Assembly: GCA_016789725.1 (NCBI GenBank)
Contig: JAEUQN010000011.1
Location: forward strand, 1,102-65,101
DNA: 64,000 bases
Direction: 5' to 3'
Source of the DNA: Blastocatellia bacterium
GTDB taxonomy: Bacteria; Acidobacteriota; Blastocatellia; RBC074
Shown: positions 1 through 11,006 of the stretch, piece by piece
How the letters are laid out: the number at the start of each line of letters is the position of its first letter
How positions within the stretch are numbered: position 1 is the stretch's first letter
The notes under the pieces: model-generated
Database searches by the model: none
What the model was told of the DNA's origin: nothing
Seen by the model: only the letters and a program-made list of their open reading frames with translations
Translations under genes and position numbers: made by a program

Positions 1-2625
1 AATCGGTACGGGCGGACGATTCGGTTTGAATTCCATCAGGCCGCGCAGCGTGTACAGTGTTTCCGCCTGCTTATCAATCAGCGCGCTGTATTGCTTGAAG
101 ACGTTGTAGTCATTGTTGCGCGTAGCTTTTTGCAGCAGGTGAATCGTTTCGGGATTGAACAAATGCGCTTCGCCTTCTTTGCGCCATTTGTATTGGCCGC
201 CGACGTCCAGCGTTTGCCCGTTGGTTTGCCGTTCGGGGAACGCGTGATTGTGGCGAATCCAAACTTCTTTGGCGATTTGTTCCAAACCCACGCCGCTGAC
301 GCGTGATGCTGTGCCGGTGAAGTATTTGTCAATTACATCCTGATTCAATCCAATCGCCTCGAAGATTTGCGCGCCTGTGTAGCTCTGCACGGTCGAAATG
401 CCCATCTTTGAGAGGATTTTGACGACGCCTTTGGTTACGGCTTTGATGTAGTTGTATACCGCTTTGTCGTGGTCTACGCCTTTCAGCAAGCCCGTATTGA
501 TCATGTCGTGCATCGTCTCGAACGCAAGGTACGGATTGATTGCCGCAACGCCGTAACCGAGCAGCAACGCAAAATGATGCACTTCGCGCGGCTCGCCCGA
601 TTCTAGCACCAGGCCGCATTGCGTGCGGGTGCCTTCGCGGATCAAATGATGATGCACGCCTGCAACAGCCAATAACGACGGGATTGCGGCGTGGTCGCGG
701 TCAATGCCGCGATCTGACAAAATGATGATGTCGAAGCCGTCTTTGATCGCTTGCGACGCCTGTTCGCAAAGCCGCGTCATCGCTTCTTCTAAGCCATTCG
801 CGCCGCGATTCACATCGAACAGCATCGGCAGTGTGATGGATTTGAAACCGAGCACACTGTCATCACGCAGGTTGCGCACTTTCTCTAAATTTTCGTTCGT
901 GAAAATCGGCGTCTTGAGCGCAATTTGACGCGCGACTTCGGGCGTCGGCTCCAGCATATTCGCTTCCGGCCCAATGGTCGTTTCAGCAGACGTGACCAAC
1001 TCTTCGCGGATGGCGTCAATCGGCGGATTCGTGACCTGCGCAAACAGTTGCTTGAAGTAACTGAACAGCGGTTGCGATTTATTCGACAGCACGGCGAGCG
1101 GCGTGTCAGTTCCCATCGAACCAATCGCTTCGGCTCCGCTTGCGCCCATCGGCGTCAACAGCATCGTCACTTCTTCAGCGGTGTAGCCGAACGCTTGCTG
1201 ACGCGTCAGCACCGTTTTGTGATCGGTTTCGTGTACGTGCGGCGGGTCGGGCAGGTCTTCGATCTTGACTGTATTTTGCGCCAACCATTCGCCGTATGGA
1301 TGCTCTTGCGCGAGTTTAGTTTTCAATTCTTCGTCATCAATGATGCGGCCTTCGTTCAAATCGGCGAGCAGCATGCGTCCCGGTTGCAAACGGCCTTTGT
1401 AGGCAATGTTTTCGGGCGCGATGTCGAGCACGCCGACTTCCGAAGACATAATCAGGCGATCATCTTTGGTGACGTAATAGCGCGCCGGGCGCAGGCCATT
1501 GCGATCCAAAGTTGCGCCGATTTGAATGCCGTCGGTGAAGGCGACCGCCGCCGGGCCGTCCCAGGGTTCCATCATGCACGAATGATATTCATAGAACGCC
1601 TTCTTCTCGGCGCTCATAGATTCGTGACCGCTCCACGGCTCAGGAATCATCATCATCAGGACGTGAGCAATTGAGCGGCCCGTGAGTGTCAGCAGTTCGA
1701 CGACGTTATCGAACATCCCGGAATCGGAATTGTTGACATCAATCACGGGACGCATCTTCTGCAATTCCTCATCTCCAAACAGTGCCGATTGCAGCCGTGA
1801 TTCGCGCGCGTGCATCCAGTTGATATTGCCACGCAGCGTGTTGATTTCGCCGTTGTGGCACAGATAGCGATAGGGATGCGCGCGGTTCCAGCTTGGGAAT
1901 GTGTTGGTTGAAAAGCGCGAATGCACCATGCCGAGCGCCGATTTCATATCGGGATCGCGCAGGTCAGGATAGTACGGCCCCAACTGCGACGAATTGAGCA
2001 TGCCTTTGTAGACGAGTGTTTTGTGCGACAGGCTGGCAAGGTAGAAGGTCTCGCCATTTGGAATTCCTGCCCGACGCACTTTGCGGATGCCACGTTTGCG
2101 AATGATGCAAAGCTTGCGCTCAAACGCGAGACCGTCGGGCGTTTCTTTGACTTTCCCTTTTTTGATGAAGACCTGCCGCATAAACGGTTCAGCATTCAAT
2201 GCCGTCGGGCCAATCATGGAATTATCGGTTGGCACATCGCGCCAGCCCAGCACTTCCTGTCCTTCTTCCGCGACGACATCTTCAAAGATTTTGACGCAAC
2301 GTTTCCGTGAGGCGACATCCTTCGGCAGAAATACATTGCCGACGCCGTACAGACCCGGCAGCGGCAAATCCATTCCCAGTTTCTCACATTCCTTTTTGAG
2401 AAAAGTGTGCGGCGTCTGAATCATAATGCCCGCGCCATCGCCCGTATTCTTTTCGCAACCACACGCACCGCGATGCTCAAGCTTAACGAGAATTTGCAGC
2501 GCCTGTTCAATGATGTCGTGCGACTTGCGATTTTTCAGATCCACGACGAAGCCCATTCCACAGGCATCATGTTCGTGCGCGGGATCGTATAAACCTTGCT
2601 TAGGAGGAAGTCCGAATTGTGTCAT
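1..2625 (-). CDS. gltB: glutamate synthase large subunit, N-terminal ~875 aa (3' part runs off the window)
   Basis: Absent from the supplied ORF track because there is no stop inside the window. My minus-strand translation from ATG (2625-2623) reads [28 protein letters not shown]...[34 protein letters not shown]...[11 protein letters not shown]...[17 protein letters not shown] and stays open in frame to base 1. These are classic GltB amidotransferase and central-domain motifs. The + strand ORFs listed here (925..1674 etc.) are antisense shadows. Confidence 0.93.
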   Translation of the reverse strand, partial: MTQFGLPPKQGLYDPAHEHDACGMGFVVDLKNRKSHDIIEQALQILVKLEHRGACGCEKNTGDGAGIMIQTPHTFLKKECEKLGMDLPLPGLYGVGNVFLPKDVASRKRCVKIFEDVVAEEGQEVLGWRDVPTDNSMIGPTALNAEPFMRQVFIKKGKVKETPDGLAFERKLCIIRKRGIRKVRRAGIPNGETFYLASLSHKTLVYKGMLNSSQLGPYYPDLRDPDMKSALGMVHSRFSTNTFPSWNRAHPYRYLCHNGEINTLRGNINWMHARESRLQSALFGDEELQKMRPVIDVNNSDSGMFDNVVELLTLTGRSIAHVLMMMIPEPWSGHESMSAEKKAFYEYHSCMMEPWDGPAAVAFTDGIQIGATLDRNGLRPARYYVTKDDRLIMSSEVGVLDIAPENIAYKGRLQPGRMLLADLNEGRIIDDEELKTKLAQEHPYGEWLAQNTVKIEDLPDPPHVHETDHKTVLTRQQAFGYTAEEVTMLLTPMGASGAEAIGSMGTDTPLAVLSNKSQPLFSYFKQLFAQVTNPPIDAIREELVTSAETTIGPEANMLEPTPEVARQIALKTPIFTNENLEKVRNLRDDSVLGFKSITLPMLFDVNRGANGLEEAMTRLCEQASQAIKDGFDIIILSDRGIDRDHAAIPSLLAVAGVHHHLIREGTRTQCGLVLESGEPREVHHFALLLGYGVAAINPYLAFETMHDMINTGLLKGVDHDKAVYNYIKAVTKGVVKILSKMGISTVQSYTGAQIFEAIGLNQDVIDKYFTGTASRVSGVGLEQIAKEVWIRHNHAFPERQTNGQTLDVGGQYKWRKEGEAHLFNPETIHLLQKATRNNDYNVFKQYSALIDKQAETLYTLRGLMEFKPNRPPVPI

Positions 2626-2645
2626 AACGCAATACCTGAAGAAGG

Positions 2646-2700
2646 AAATCAAAAAGCCTCAGCGGTTTGTTTCTTTCGCTGAGGCTTTCTTTGCTTTTCG
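2646..2700 (-). promoter_or_regulatory. terminator-like hairpin inside the gltB 5' leader (candidate attenuator)
   Basis: 12-bp perfect stem AAAGCCTCAGCG (2653-2664) / CGCTGAGGCTTT (2677-2688). It is followed by a T-rich tail on both strands (minus: TTGATTTCCTTCTTC; plus: CTTTGCTTTTCGTTTTGGTTTT). It ends about 25 nt upstream of the gltB ATG. Confidence 0.45.
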
Positions 2701-3220
2701 TTTTGGTTTTGAAACCTAACTCTTGCCGTCAGCTACCAAATTATCTTTCGATTTAAGAAGAGTAAGTGAGACGTTTATCGCCCCACGTTTAGAGCTTTTG
2801 GCTGCCAACGGCGGCATTGCAACCATCGTTGCAGCGCAAAGCGCAGAGCCGATCTTAGTCTGATGAAGAGAAGAACCGTTGGGCATAACCCTTACTTAAA
2901 ATGACTACCAGGTTGATAGGGTACAAAGCAGATGGAACAAATAAATTACAAAATCTGAGCGTCGAACTATACGGTACACCGACTGGTTTGTCCAATGAGA
3001 TTCTTTTATCCAGCGATAAATTTCGATTATTTTTGTCGGATGAATCTGGGTTTCCGACAATTTTGTTGGAAGCTAAACTTCAGAGCAGGCAGAGCTTTTT
3101 GTTAGCTTCAAGGCGATGAATTTTTCGTCTCAAAATGGATTTCGCTCACGACGCGCTTTCTCGCTCTAGGGTTTTGCATTACGATTCCGCGCACCTTAAT
3201 TTTTATTGCGGCTTGTTTTT

Positions 3221-5281
3221 ATGGCTCGAACCTTCATCATTAAATCCGATCAGGCCCGTCCCGCCTCGCTTATCAATTACAGTCAAGAATTGAATGCGGA
3301 GCAGCGTGCCGTCGTCAATGCTGGTGGGGGGCCACTGCTTGTTATTGCCGGAGCGGGCTCCGGCAAAACGCGAACGCTCACGTATCGCGTCGCGCGGCTG
3401 ATTGAATTGGGTGTTGCGCCGGGGCGAGTCCTGCTGCTGACATTCACGAATCGTGCCGCGCGCGAAATGCTGAGCCGTGTTGAGTCATTGCTCAAAACTG
3501 ACACGCGCAAAACCTGGGGCGGCACGTTTCACTCCATTGGCAACCGCATCCTGCGCCGTCACGCCGTCAGCTTGGGCTACGAAAGCAATTACACGATTTT
3601 GGATTCCGAAGACGCGAAGGAATTGATTGAATCGTGCATCGAAGAAGCCGCGATTGACACGAAGGCGAAACGCTTTCCGAAAGGCGAAGTGTTGCGCGAA
3701 ATGTTCAGCTTTGCGACGAACACGGACACGATGCTCGAACAAGTCATCGCCAAACAATATCCGCATTTCGAGCCGCTGACAGCACAAATCAAGCGCGTAG
3801 ATTTTCTGTATCAGGATCGCAAACTTGCGCGCAATGCGATGGATTATGACGATCTGCTGGTGAACTGGAAAAAGCTGCTCGAAACCAAACCGGACATCGC
3901 CGCGATTTATCAGGATCAGTTTCAGCACATCCTGGTGGACGAATATCAGGACACAAACACGCTGCAAGCCGACATTATTGATTTGCTCGCCGCCAAGCAT
4001 CGCAACATGATGATCGTGGGCGACGATGCCCAAGCGATTTTTGGCTGGCGCGGCGCGAACATCGAAAACATTTTGAGCTTTCAGCAACGATACCCGGACG
4101 CCCAAATGTTCAAGCTCGAAAGCAATTACCGTTCGACGCCGGAAATCCTGATGCTGGCGAATGCGGCGATTCATCACAACCGCAAACAGTTTCCGAAAAA
4201 TCTGCAAGCGATTCGTCCGAGCCAGAATTTTCAGCCCGCGCTGATTCCGTGCCGCGACGCCGATCAACAGGCTGCCTTTGTTGCCGCGCGCATTTTGGAA
4301 TTGCGTGATGAAGGCGTACCGCTCGACGAGATCGGCGTGCTGTATCGTTCGCATTTTCACGCGATGGAATTACAACTGGAACTCACGCGGCGCGGCATCC
4401 CGTATGAAATTCGCTCCGGCGTGCGTTTCTTTGAGCAGGCGCATATCAAAGACGTGACTTCATATCTGCGCCTGATCGTGAATCCGCGCGACGAAATTGC
4501 TTGGAAGCGCGTGCTGAAGCTGATTCCGAAAATCGGCAACGCGACAGCGGCGAGAATTTGGGAACGGCTCGCGGAATCAAACGATGCGCTGGCTTTGGTC
4601 AAGCCTGATGTGTTCGGTCACGACGCGATTGCTCCATCATTGCCCAAAGGCGCACAAACCGGCTGGCAGGAATTCGTCGAACTTATCAAAGCGTTGACCG
4701 AAGAAGGCACGATCAACAATCCGACGAAACAAATCGAACTCATCCTGGAGCGCGGCTACAACGAATACTTGCAGTCTTCGTTCGACAACGCCGAAGCGCG
4801 CGAAGAGGATTTGAAACAGCTTGCCTTGTTTGCCGGACGCTACGACACGACCGAACAATTCCTGAACGAACTCGCGCTGATTCAAACCGAATCCGGCGCG
4901 TTGATGGGCGAAGATGTCGTGATGGGCGGCGACGAAGACGAACGCCTGGCGTTGTCTTCGGTGCATCAGGCGAAAGGCCTGGAGTGGAAAATCGTGTTTG
5001 TGATTTGGGTGACGGATGGTCGCTTTCCGTCCGCCCGAAGTTTGCGTGAACCGGAAGGCGAAGAAGAAGAACGCCGCTTGTTTTATGTCGCATTGACGCG
5101 GGCGCGCGATGAGCTTTATGTCACCTACCCCATCGTCGAAAACGAACGTGGGCGGCAGACCATTATTCAACGTCCCTCGCGCTTTGTCTTGGAAGTGCCG
5201 CGCAGTTTGTTTGAGATTTGGAATGTAGACGAAGAGCCGCTCGCATTTGATACCATCGAAGAAACAAAACTCATCAACTGA
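3221..5281 (+). CDS. UvrD/Rep/PcrA-family SF1 DNA helicase
   Basis: Walker A AGAGSGKTRTL plus TFTNRAAREM, DEYQDTN, SNYRS, VHQAKGLEW and LFYVALTRARDEL motifs. ATG 3221 preferred over upstream TTG 3206. Confidence 0.9.
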   Translation: MARTFIIKSDQARPASLINYSQELNAEQRAVVNAGGGPLLVIAGAGSGKTRTLTYRVARLIELGVAPGRVLLLTFTNRAAREMLSRVESLLKTDTRKTWGGTFHSIGNRILRRHAVSLGYESNYTILDSEDAKELIESCIEEAAIDTKAKRFPKGEVLREMFSFATNTDTMLEQVIAKQYPHFEPLTAQIKRVDFLYQDRKLARNAMDYDDLLVNWKKLLETKPDIAAIYQDQFQHILVDEYQDTNTLQADIIDLLAAKHRNMMIVGDDAQAIFGWRGANIENILSFQQRYPDAQMFKLESNYRSTPEILMLANAAIHHNRKQFPKNLQAIRPSQNFQPALIPCRDADQQAAFVAARILELRDEGVPLDEIGVLYRSHFHAMELQLELTRRGIPYEIRSGVRFFEQAHIKDVTSYLRLIVNPRDEIAWKRVLKLIPKIGNATAARIWERLAESNDALALVKPDVFGHDAIAPSLPKGAQTGWQEFVELIKALTEEGTINNPTKQIELILERGYNEYLQSSFDNAEAREEDLKQLALFAGRYDTTEQFLNELALIQTESGALMGEDVVMGGDEDERLALSSVHQAKGLEWKIVFVIWVTDGRFPSARSLREPEGEEEERRLFYVALTRARDELYVTYPIVENERGRQTIIQRPSRFVLEVPRSLFEIWNVDEEPLAFDTIEETKLIN

Positions 5282-5290
5282 TCGCATTCA

Positions 5291-5590
5291 TCATTCATTC
5301 TTCATCATTTCAATCGCTCTGAGCAGGCGTGCGGTGCAACGGTTCACGAAAATTCCTAATACAATCAGCCCTAAAATTACAATGGTGTAACTGCCTACTG
5401 TCCCAATCAGCAACAACCAATGGGTGCGGTTGTTATGTTCCATTGCAAAGAGGAATGTAACCAGGAAAAGTCCTTCAAAAAGCGCTGCGCCAACCAAGGC
5501 CCATTTAAATTGTCGCTCGGTTTTTTCAATGCGATCCAGCGCCGCCCCGCGCACGCGATTTAGATGGTTGTCTGCCATATGTTCCTCCAT
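5291..5590 (-). CDS. small membrane protein (99 aa), last gene of the ECF sigma operon
   Basis: Hydrophobic helices (ALVGAALFEGLFLVTFLFA, LLLIGTVGSYTIVILGLIVLGIF). Its ATG directly abuts the TAA of the upstream micro-ORF (TAAATG). Confidence 0.6.
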   Translation of the reverse strand: MEEHMADNHLNRVRGAALDRIEKTERQFKWALVGAALFEGLFLVTFLFAMEHNNRTHWLLLIGTVGSYTIVILGLIVLGIFVNRCTARLLRAIEMMKNE

Positions 5591-5695
5591 TTATTGACGA
5601 CGATATTGGTAGTACGCCGCAAACGCCAGTACTGCAAATTCAATGATTGCATACGCGATGACAGCGAGTTTCGTATGCTTGTCAGTGTTGTTCAT
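5591..5695 (-). CDS. 34-aa single-TM micro-protein (below the ORF-track cutoff)
   Basis: My translation: MNNTDKHTKLAVIAYAIIEFAVLAFAAYYQYRRQ*. Its ATG overlaps the TGA of the upstream 98-aa gene (ATGA at 5692-5695), and its TAA abuts the next ATG. Confidence 0.5.
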   Translation of the reverse strand: MNNTDKHTKLAVIAYAIIEFAVLAFAAYYQYRRQ

Positions 5696-5988
5696 TTTTG
5701 GACGGCGGATGCCGGTTTGCGTGTTAACAGATAGATCAATGGCCCGAAGGAGCCAAGTACCAGTGTGGCAATGATCCAGGGCCAGGCGTTGCGTCCCGTG
5801 GCTTTGGCATCGTGCCACATCCACACTATGGCAAGCGTCAGTGCGATCACTAAATCGGCCAAGACCTGACCTCCGCCAAAGCTTTGAAAGTGTGGTGCGA
5901 TGATGCCCCAGTAACCGTGTTGCCAAAGCGCCGTGACGGTGAGCGCGCCAAACAAGATAAGAGTGATCGTCAACAAGATGCGGTGCAT
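5692..5988 (-). CDS. small membrane protein (98 aa), 3 predicted TM helices
   Basis: ORF MHRILLTITLILFGALTVTALWQHGYWG...; starts 18 nt after the sigma-factor stop on the same strand. Confidence 0.6.
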   Translation of the reverse strand: MHRILLTITLILFGALTVTALWQHGYWGIIAPHFQSFGGGQVLADLVIALTLAIVWMWHDAKATGRNAWPWIIATLVLGSFGPLIYLLTRKPASAVQK

Positions 5989-6006
5989 AAATAAACCTTT
6001 CCTGCG

Positions 6007-6543
6007 TTACTTTTGTAATTGTTGGCGTAGACTGGTCAGCCCATACGACAACCTTGATTTCACGGTTCCAATGGCCACCCCTAGCACGTCTGCGATTTCA
6101 TCCAGCGTCAAATCGTGCAGGTAATGCAGTACGATTACGGCGCGACTTGCAGGCGAAAGCCGCGCGAGCAAATGCGGAAGCCGAGGCAGCAATTCAGCGG
6201 CGAAATGTTCTTCGTGTTGCGCGGGAATGGCTTGTAACAACTCTTCGTTACGTTCCTGTTCTTTCCATTGTTTTTCGCGCTTGAGCCACTTGAACGTTTC
6301 GCGCGTGGCGATGCGATAGGCCCACGGGCGAAACAATTCCGGTTCGCGCAGCCAACCAAGCTTGCGATAAATCAGCACGAACACTTCCTGCAAAATGTCT
6401 TCCGCCAATGACGCATCGTTCGTCAGACTGACAACGTAGCGATAAAGCGGTATTTGCACGGCCTGCAACAATTCATCGAAAGCAATGCGGTCGCCAGCCT
6501 GCGCGCGCAGCACCCACCGCATTTCCTGCTTGTCGCTTTCCAT
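6007..6543 (-). CDS. ECF-type RNA polymerase sigma-70 factor
   Basis: 178 aa. Region 2 ([29 protein letters not shown]) and region 4 HTH ([27 protein letters not shown]). Confidence 0.9.
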   Translation of the reverse strand: MESDKQEMRWVLRAQAGDRIAFDELLQAVQIPLYRYVVSLTNDASLAEDILQEVFVLIYRKLGWLREPELFRPWAYRIATRETFKWLKREKQWKEQERNEELLQAIPAQHEEHFAAELLPRLPHLLARLSPASRAVIVLHYLHDLTLDEIADVLGVAIGTVKSRLSYGLTSLRQQLQK

Positions 6544-6663
6544 TTGCTGCCTCCACTACATAAGAGCCGAGAGCCAGGTGAAGTGTTCGGACGAAAAATG
6601 AATTGTTCGTTGGTTTGCGCCGCGAATCTTTGTACAATCAGGCGTCGCAGACGGAATTACATT

Positions 6664-7731
6664 ATGAACGAACTCGACACTACTCACGATCCCCGCACCG
6701 CGCGTTTCAATGGTCTCAGGCACATGGTCGGTAATACGCCTTTGCTGGCGGTGCATTTCAAATTCCGAGGCCAACATCGCGTCATTTACGCCAAAGCCGA
6801 ATACCTGAACCTGACGGGCAGCATCAAGGATCGCATGGCGTTTTACATTTTGAAGAAAGCGTATCAGACCGGAGAAATTCAGCCCGGTGATTTAATTGCT
6901 GAAGCGACCAGCGGCAACACCGGGATTGCGTTTGCCGCACTGGGCCGCGCGCTCGGTCATCCGGTGCGAATTTATATGCCCGATTGGATGAGCGTCGAGC
7001 GCGTGCGTTTGATTCAAAGCTTCGGCGCAGAAATCATTCCCGTCAGCCGCGAACAGGGAGGGTTTCTCGGCAGCATTCAGCAAACCGAAGAGTTGCAACA
7101 AACACGCGGCAACGTGTTTTTGCCGTGCCAGTTTTCCAATTGCGCGAACGTCGAAGCGCACGAACAAACAACCGGGCCAGAAATCCAGGCGCAGTTGCAA
7201 TCGCGCGGTTTGCAGCCGGATGCGTTTGTGGCCGGTGTTGGCACGGGGGGGACAATTATGGGGACTGGTAAATATTTGCGGCGCATCAATCCCAACATTC
7301 GCTTGCACCCGCTTGAGCCTGCCGAATCGCCGACGATGTCCACCGGACACAAAGTAGGATCGCACCGGATTCAGGGCATCTCCGATGAATTCATACCTGC
7401 AATTGTCGAACTGAATCAACTTGATCGAATCCTTGGCGTACCGGACGGCGATGCAATTCTGATGGCGCAGAAACTGGCGGCTGATCTCGGCTTGGCCGTT
7501 GGCATTTCATCCGGCGCAAATTTCATCGGTGCTTTGATGGCGCAGAATGATCTGCGCGACACCGCCGTGGTGGCGACCATTTTCTGCGATGACAACAAGA
7601 AATATCTCAGCACCGATTTGTTGCGCAAAGAACCTGTCAAAGACGGCTATCTCAGCCCGGAAGTGGAATTGCTGCACTACGAAGCTTTGCGCCGCGATTG
7701 CTTTTTGTGTCAGGAGCAACCACGCCCGTAA
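6664..7731 (+). CDS. PLP-dependent cysteine synthase family protein (CysK/CysM-like)
   Basis: PLP lysine motif [16 protein letters not shown] loop and GVGTGGT loop. ATG 6664 (MNELDTT) chosen; the longer ORF from 6454 overlaps the divergent sigma gene. Confidence 0.85.
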   Translation: MNELDTTHDPRTARFNGLRHMVGNTPLLAVHFKFRGQHRVIYAKAEYLNLTGSIKDRMAFYILKKAYQTGEIQPGDLIAEATSGNTGIAFAALGRALGHPVRIYMPDWMSVERVRLIQSFGAEIIPVSREQGGFLGSIQQTEELQQTRGNVFLPCQFSNCANVEAHEQTTGPEIQAQLQSRGLQPDAFVAGVGTGGTIMGTGKYLRRINPNIRLHPLEPAESPTMSTGHKVGSHRIQGISDEFIPAIVELNQLDRILGVPDGDAILMAQKLAADLGLAVGISSGANFIGALMAQNDLRDTAVVATIFCDDNKKYLSTDLLRKEPVKDGYLSPEVELLHYEALRRDCFLCQEQPRP

Positions 7732-7880
7732 ACCGAAGATTTACTTTTGTAATTCGGCCTGAAGCCGTTACAATCTGATCCATCCCCGATAGGTGCCGAA
7801 CCAGAGACCCGACCCCGCCATTACGACGCACGCGCCCCACGTTTCTCACGACTACGCCGATTTCGCGTTCCTCATAATTT

Positions 7881-10800
7881 ATGAATCAAGCTACTTCCCC
7901 TCAACGCTGGCAACAGGTCAAGGCTATTTTTCAGGATGTGGTTGAATTAAAACCGCCAGAGCGCGCCGCGTTTCTTACTTCAGCTTGCAAGGGCGATCAG
8001 CATTTGCGCGCCCAGATTGAGCGAATGCTGGCCGCAGATGACAGCGCCGACAGCTTTTTGGAAAGCTCGCCCGTGCATCACCTGCTCGAAGCCACACAGC
8101 CCGTCAAAATGGGACAAGCCATCGGCTCATACCGAATCACCGACAATCTTGGTGTGGGAGGCATGGGCGAAGTGTATGTTGCGCAGGACCTGCGGCTTGA
8201 ACGCAATGTGGCGGTCAAATTGTTGCCTGCGGTTTACACGCTTGATGAATCGCGCGTGCAACGCTTTGTGCGTGAGGCCAAAGCCGTCTCGGCGCTGAAT
8301 CATCCGAACATCGTCACGATTCACGAAGTTGGTCAAAGCGACCAGACACATTTCATCGTGACCGAACTGGTCGCAGGCAAGACGCTGCGCCTTCTGCTGG
8401 ACGAGCGTTCCTTGCGTTTGACCGAAACGATTGACATCGCTATCCAAATTGCCAGCGCCCTTTCATCCGCCCATGAAGTTGGAATTGTTCATCGAGACAT
8501 CAAACCCGAAAACGTGATGGTGCGACCGGATGGCATTGTGAAGGTGCTGGACTTTGGGCTGGCTAAACTCACAGAACGACGCGGGGATGATGCGATAGAG
8601 CGACAGAGCGAAGAACCCGATACCTGGCTCGCCGCGTCGCACTCCACTACGCCCGGCTTGGTGATGGGAACCGCGCGATACATGTCGCCCGAACAGGCGC
8701 GCGGCGTGAGCGTGGACGAACGAAGTGACATCTTCAGTCTTGGCGTCGTGCTCTACGAAATGCTCGCCGGGCAGCCGCCGTTTCAAGGCGAGACGACAAC
8801 GGATGTCATCATTGCCGTAGTCGAAAAAGACCCGTGTCCGCTGTCGCAACTGGTTCCTGATGTGCCACGTGTATTGGAACAACTCGTGGTTAAGGCGCTG
8901 CAAAAAGATCGTAATGCGCGCTATCAAACCAGTGCTGACATGCTGGCTGATCTCAAAGCCTTTCGCCGCACGCTGGATGACGAAGAAAGTCGTGAGTTAC
9001 GGCGCGTGTCGTTGCCTGCGCCGCAAGATACAGCCTCGCGCTTTTCGTTCACGGCTGAATACGTCACGGCGCAAATCAAACAACACAAACGCGCTTCGGT
9101 TGCGGCGTTGGGGATCGTGATCGCGGCAATGGCAATCGTGACGTGGTTCTTCGCTTCTAACCGCACGTATGCGCTGTCAGAAAAAGACACCGTGTTACTC
9201 GCCGATTTCGTCAACAACACCGGCGAGGCGGTTTTTGATGGTGCGCTCAAACAGGCTTTGGCCGTGCAGTTGGAACAAACGCCGTTTCTGAATTTCTTTC
9301 CTGAAGAGCGCGTACGCGAGACGTTGAAGCTGATGAATCGCGCGCCCGACGAACGATTAACCCGCGAAGTCGCGCGGGAGATTTGTGTGCGACAGGGATT
9401 GAAAGCCGCACTCGTCGGCACGATTGCCAAATTTGATCGCAACTATTCGATCACGCTCGAAGCAGTCAACGCCGAAAATGGAGCGGCGATTGCGCGCGCT
9501 TTAGTCGAAGCCGAAGGCCGCGACGAAGTATTGCAGCAGCTCGGCAAAGCCGCTGATCAATTGCGCGAAAAGTTGGGCGAGTCGTTAAGTTCGATGCAGC
9601 GCTTTGCCGCGCCGATGGAACAGGCGACGACCTCTTCGTTGGATGCGCTGAAAGCCGTGTCGTTAGCGCGCGATCAGTTTCTGAAGGGCCAGCGCCTGGA
9701 AGCGATTGCACTCTACAAACGTGCGATTGAAATTGATCCGAATTTTGCGTTTCCATACTCGCGCTTGGCGAATGCTTACGATGGCGTTGGCCAGGCTGAT
9801 CTGGCGCGCGAGTATGCAGAAAAAGGCTACGCCCTGCGCGAACGGACAAGCGAACGCGAGAAGTTTTATATCACTTCGATCTATCACGATTGCGTGACCG
9901 GCGAGATTGAACAGGACATCGAAACGCTGAAGGTTTGGGCAAACACCTATCCACGCGACGTTTATCCGCACAACACGTTGGCGATGCGCTATCACTGCCT
10001 TGGTGCATTTGAAGAATCCATCAACGAAGCGCGCGAGGCGATGCGTCTTGACCCGAACTATGTGTTCCCGTACGGCAATCTGGCCGCTGGGTTGATGCGA
10101 TTGAACCGCTACAACGAAGCACAAACCACCTTGCAGCAGGCGCGCGAACACAAGCTGGATTCGATGCTCTATCACCTTGTGTTGTTCCGTGTCGGTTTTG
10201 CGCAGGATAATCAGGAACTAATCAATCAACAAATCAATTGGGGCAAAGGTCGCCTGGACGAAGTGTATTCGTTCGCGTGGCAATCGCTGACCGCTTCTTT
10301 TGGCGGACGGATGCGCGACGCGGACGACTTTACGCAACGCGCGATTTCATTGGCGGAGCAACGAAATCTCCGCGAGGCCGCCGCTTCGTTTTTAGTGGAT
10401 AGCGCCGCGCGGCAAGCTTTGGTGGGAAATCAGGAACTGGCCCAAATCAACCTGACCAAAGCGCAATCGCTTTCGTCATCTGTCCTGACACGCGGCTTTC
10501 GCAACGTGATCGTGTTACCACTTGGGCCGTTAGCGTGTGCTTTGAATGGCAACCTCGCACAAGCCCAAATGTGGATTGAAGAAACGAACAAACGGCATCC
10601 CCACAATTCGCTTTCGCAAAAAGTCTGGATTCCCGTCACCCGCGCTGCAATTGAATTGCGACAGGGGCGCGCGGACAGAGCGATTGAGTTGTTGAAGTCT
10701 GCGGAACCGTACGAACCCGCGTCGTCCTTCTGGCCCACGTGGCTGCGCGGACAAGCGTATTTACAGGCCAAACGTGGTCCCGAAGCCGCCGCTGAATTTC

Positions 10801-11006
10801 AAAAGATCATCGCCCATCGCGGCTGGGAGCCGACTTCGATGCTGTGGTCACTCGCGCATTTGGGATGGGCGCGCGCCGCCGCGCTGAACAACGACGCGCC
10901 GAAAGCAAGGCAACTGTACGAACAATTTTTCCAATTGTGGAAAGACGCCGATGCGGATGTGCCGTTGTTGATCGAGGCAAACAAGGAATTTGAAAAAGTA
11001 AGATGA
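7881..11006 (+). CDS. Ser/Thr protein kinase with TM segment and large TPR-like C-terminal domain
   Basis: Hanks motifs GVGGMGEV, VAVK, HRDIKPENVMV, DFGLA and SPEQ. TM AALGIVIAAMAIVTWFFA, then TPR-like repeats. Confidence 0.9.
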   Translation: MNQATSPQRWQQVKAIFQDVVELKPPERAAFLTSACKGDQHLRAQIERMLAADDSADSFLESSPVHHLLEATQPVKMGQAIGSYRITDNLGVGGMGEVYVAQDLRLERNVAVKLLPAVYTLDESRVQRFVREAKAVSALNHPNIVTIHEVGQSDQTHFIVTELVAGKTLRLLLDERSLRLTETIDIAIQIASALSSAHEVGIVHRDIKPENVMVRPDGIVKVLDFGLAKLTERRGDDAIERQSEEPDTWLAASHSTTPGLVMGTARYMSPEQARGVSVDERSDIFSLGVVLYEMLAGQPPFQGETTTDVIIAVVEKDPCPLSQLVPDVPRVLEQLVVKALQKDRNARYQTSADMLADLKAFRRTLDDEESRELRRVSLPAPQDTASRFSFTAEYVTAQIKQHKRASVAALGIVIAAMAIVTWFFASNRTYALSEKDTVLLADFVNNTGEAVFDGALKQALAVQLEQTPFLNFFPEERVRETLKLMNRAPDERLTREVAREICVRQGLKAALVGTIAKFDRNYSITLEAVNAENGAAIARALVEAEGRDEVLQQLGKAADQLREKLGESLSSMQRFAAPMEQATTSSLDALKAVSLARDQFLKGQRLEAIALYKRAIEIDPNFAFPYSRLANAYDGVGQADLAREYAEKGYALRERTSEREKFYITSIYHDCVTGEIEQDIETLKVWANTYPRDVYPHNTLAMRYHCLGAFEESINEAREAMRLDPNYVFPYGNLAAGLMRLNRYNEAQTTLQQAREHKLDSMLYHLVLFRVGFAQDNQELINQQINWGKGRLDEVYSFAWQSLTASFGGRMRDADDFTQRAISLAEQRNLREAAASFLVDSAARQALVGNQELAQINLTKAQSLSSSVLTRGFRNVIVLPLGPLACALNGNLAQAQMWIEETNKRHPHNSLSQKVWIPVTRAAIELRQGRADRAIELLKSAEPYEPASSFWPTWLRGQAYLQAKRGPEAAAEFQKIIAHRGWEPTSMLWSLAHLGWARAAALNNDAPKARQLYEQFFQLWKDADADVPLLIEANKEFEKVR

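Noticed and set aside
925-2719. Several + strand ORFs (925..1674, 1921..2310, 2081..2419 etc.) in the first 2.6 kb
   Set aside because: They are Arg/His-rich with no recognisable motifs, and they lie antisense to an uninterrupted gltB reading frame that I translated myself. They are shadow ORFs.
2901-3119. 72-aa ORF in the gltB/helicase intergenic region
   Set aside because: It lies in an AT-rich region with hairpins, has no RBS and has low-complexity translation. It is more likely part of a structured leader or promoter region.
5591-5926. 111-aa ORF overlapping the 98-aa membrane protein gene
   Set aside because: Only its last 34 codons look genuine (TM helix, ATGA coupling). The upstream part overlaps the better 98-aa frame and is Arg/His-rich.
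6454-6663. N-terminal extension of the cysteine synthase ORF (start at 6454)
   Set aside because: The extension overlaps the divergent sigma-factor gene and translates as junk. The conserved protein begins at ATG 6664.
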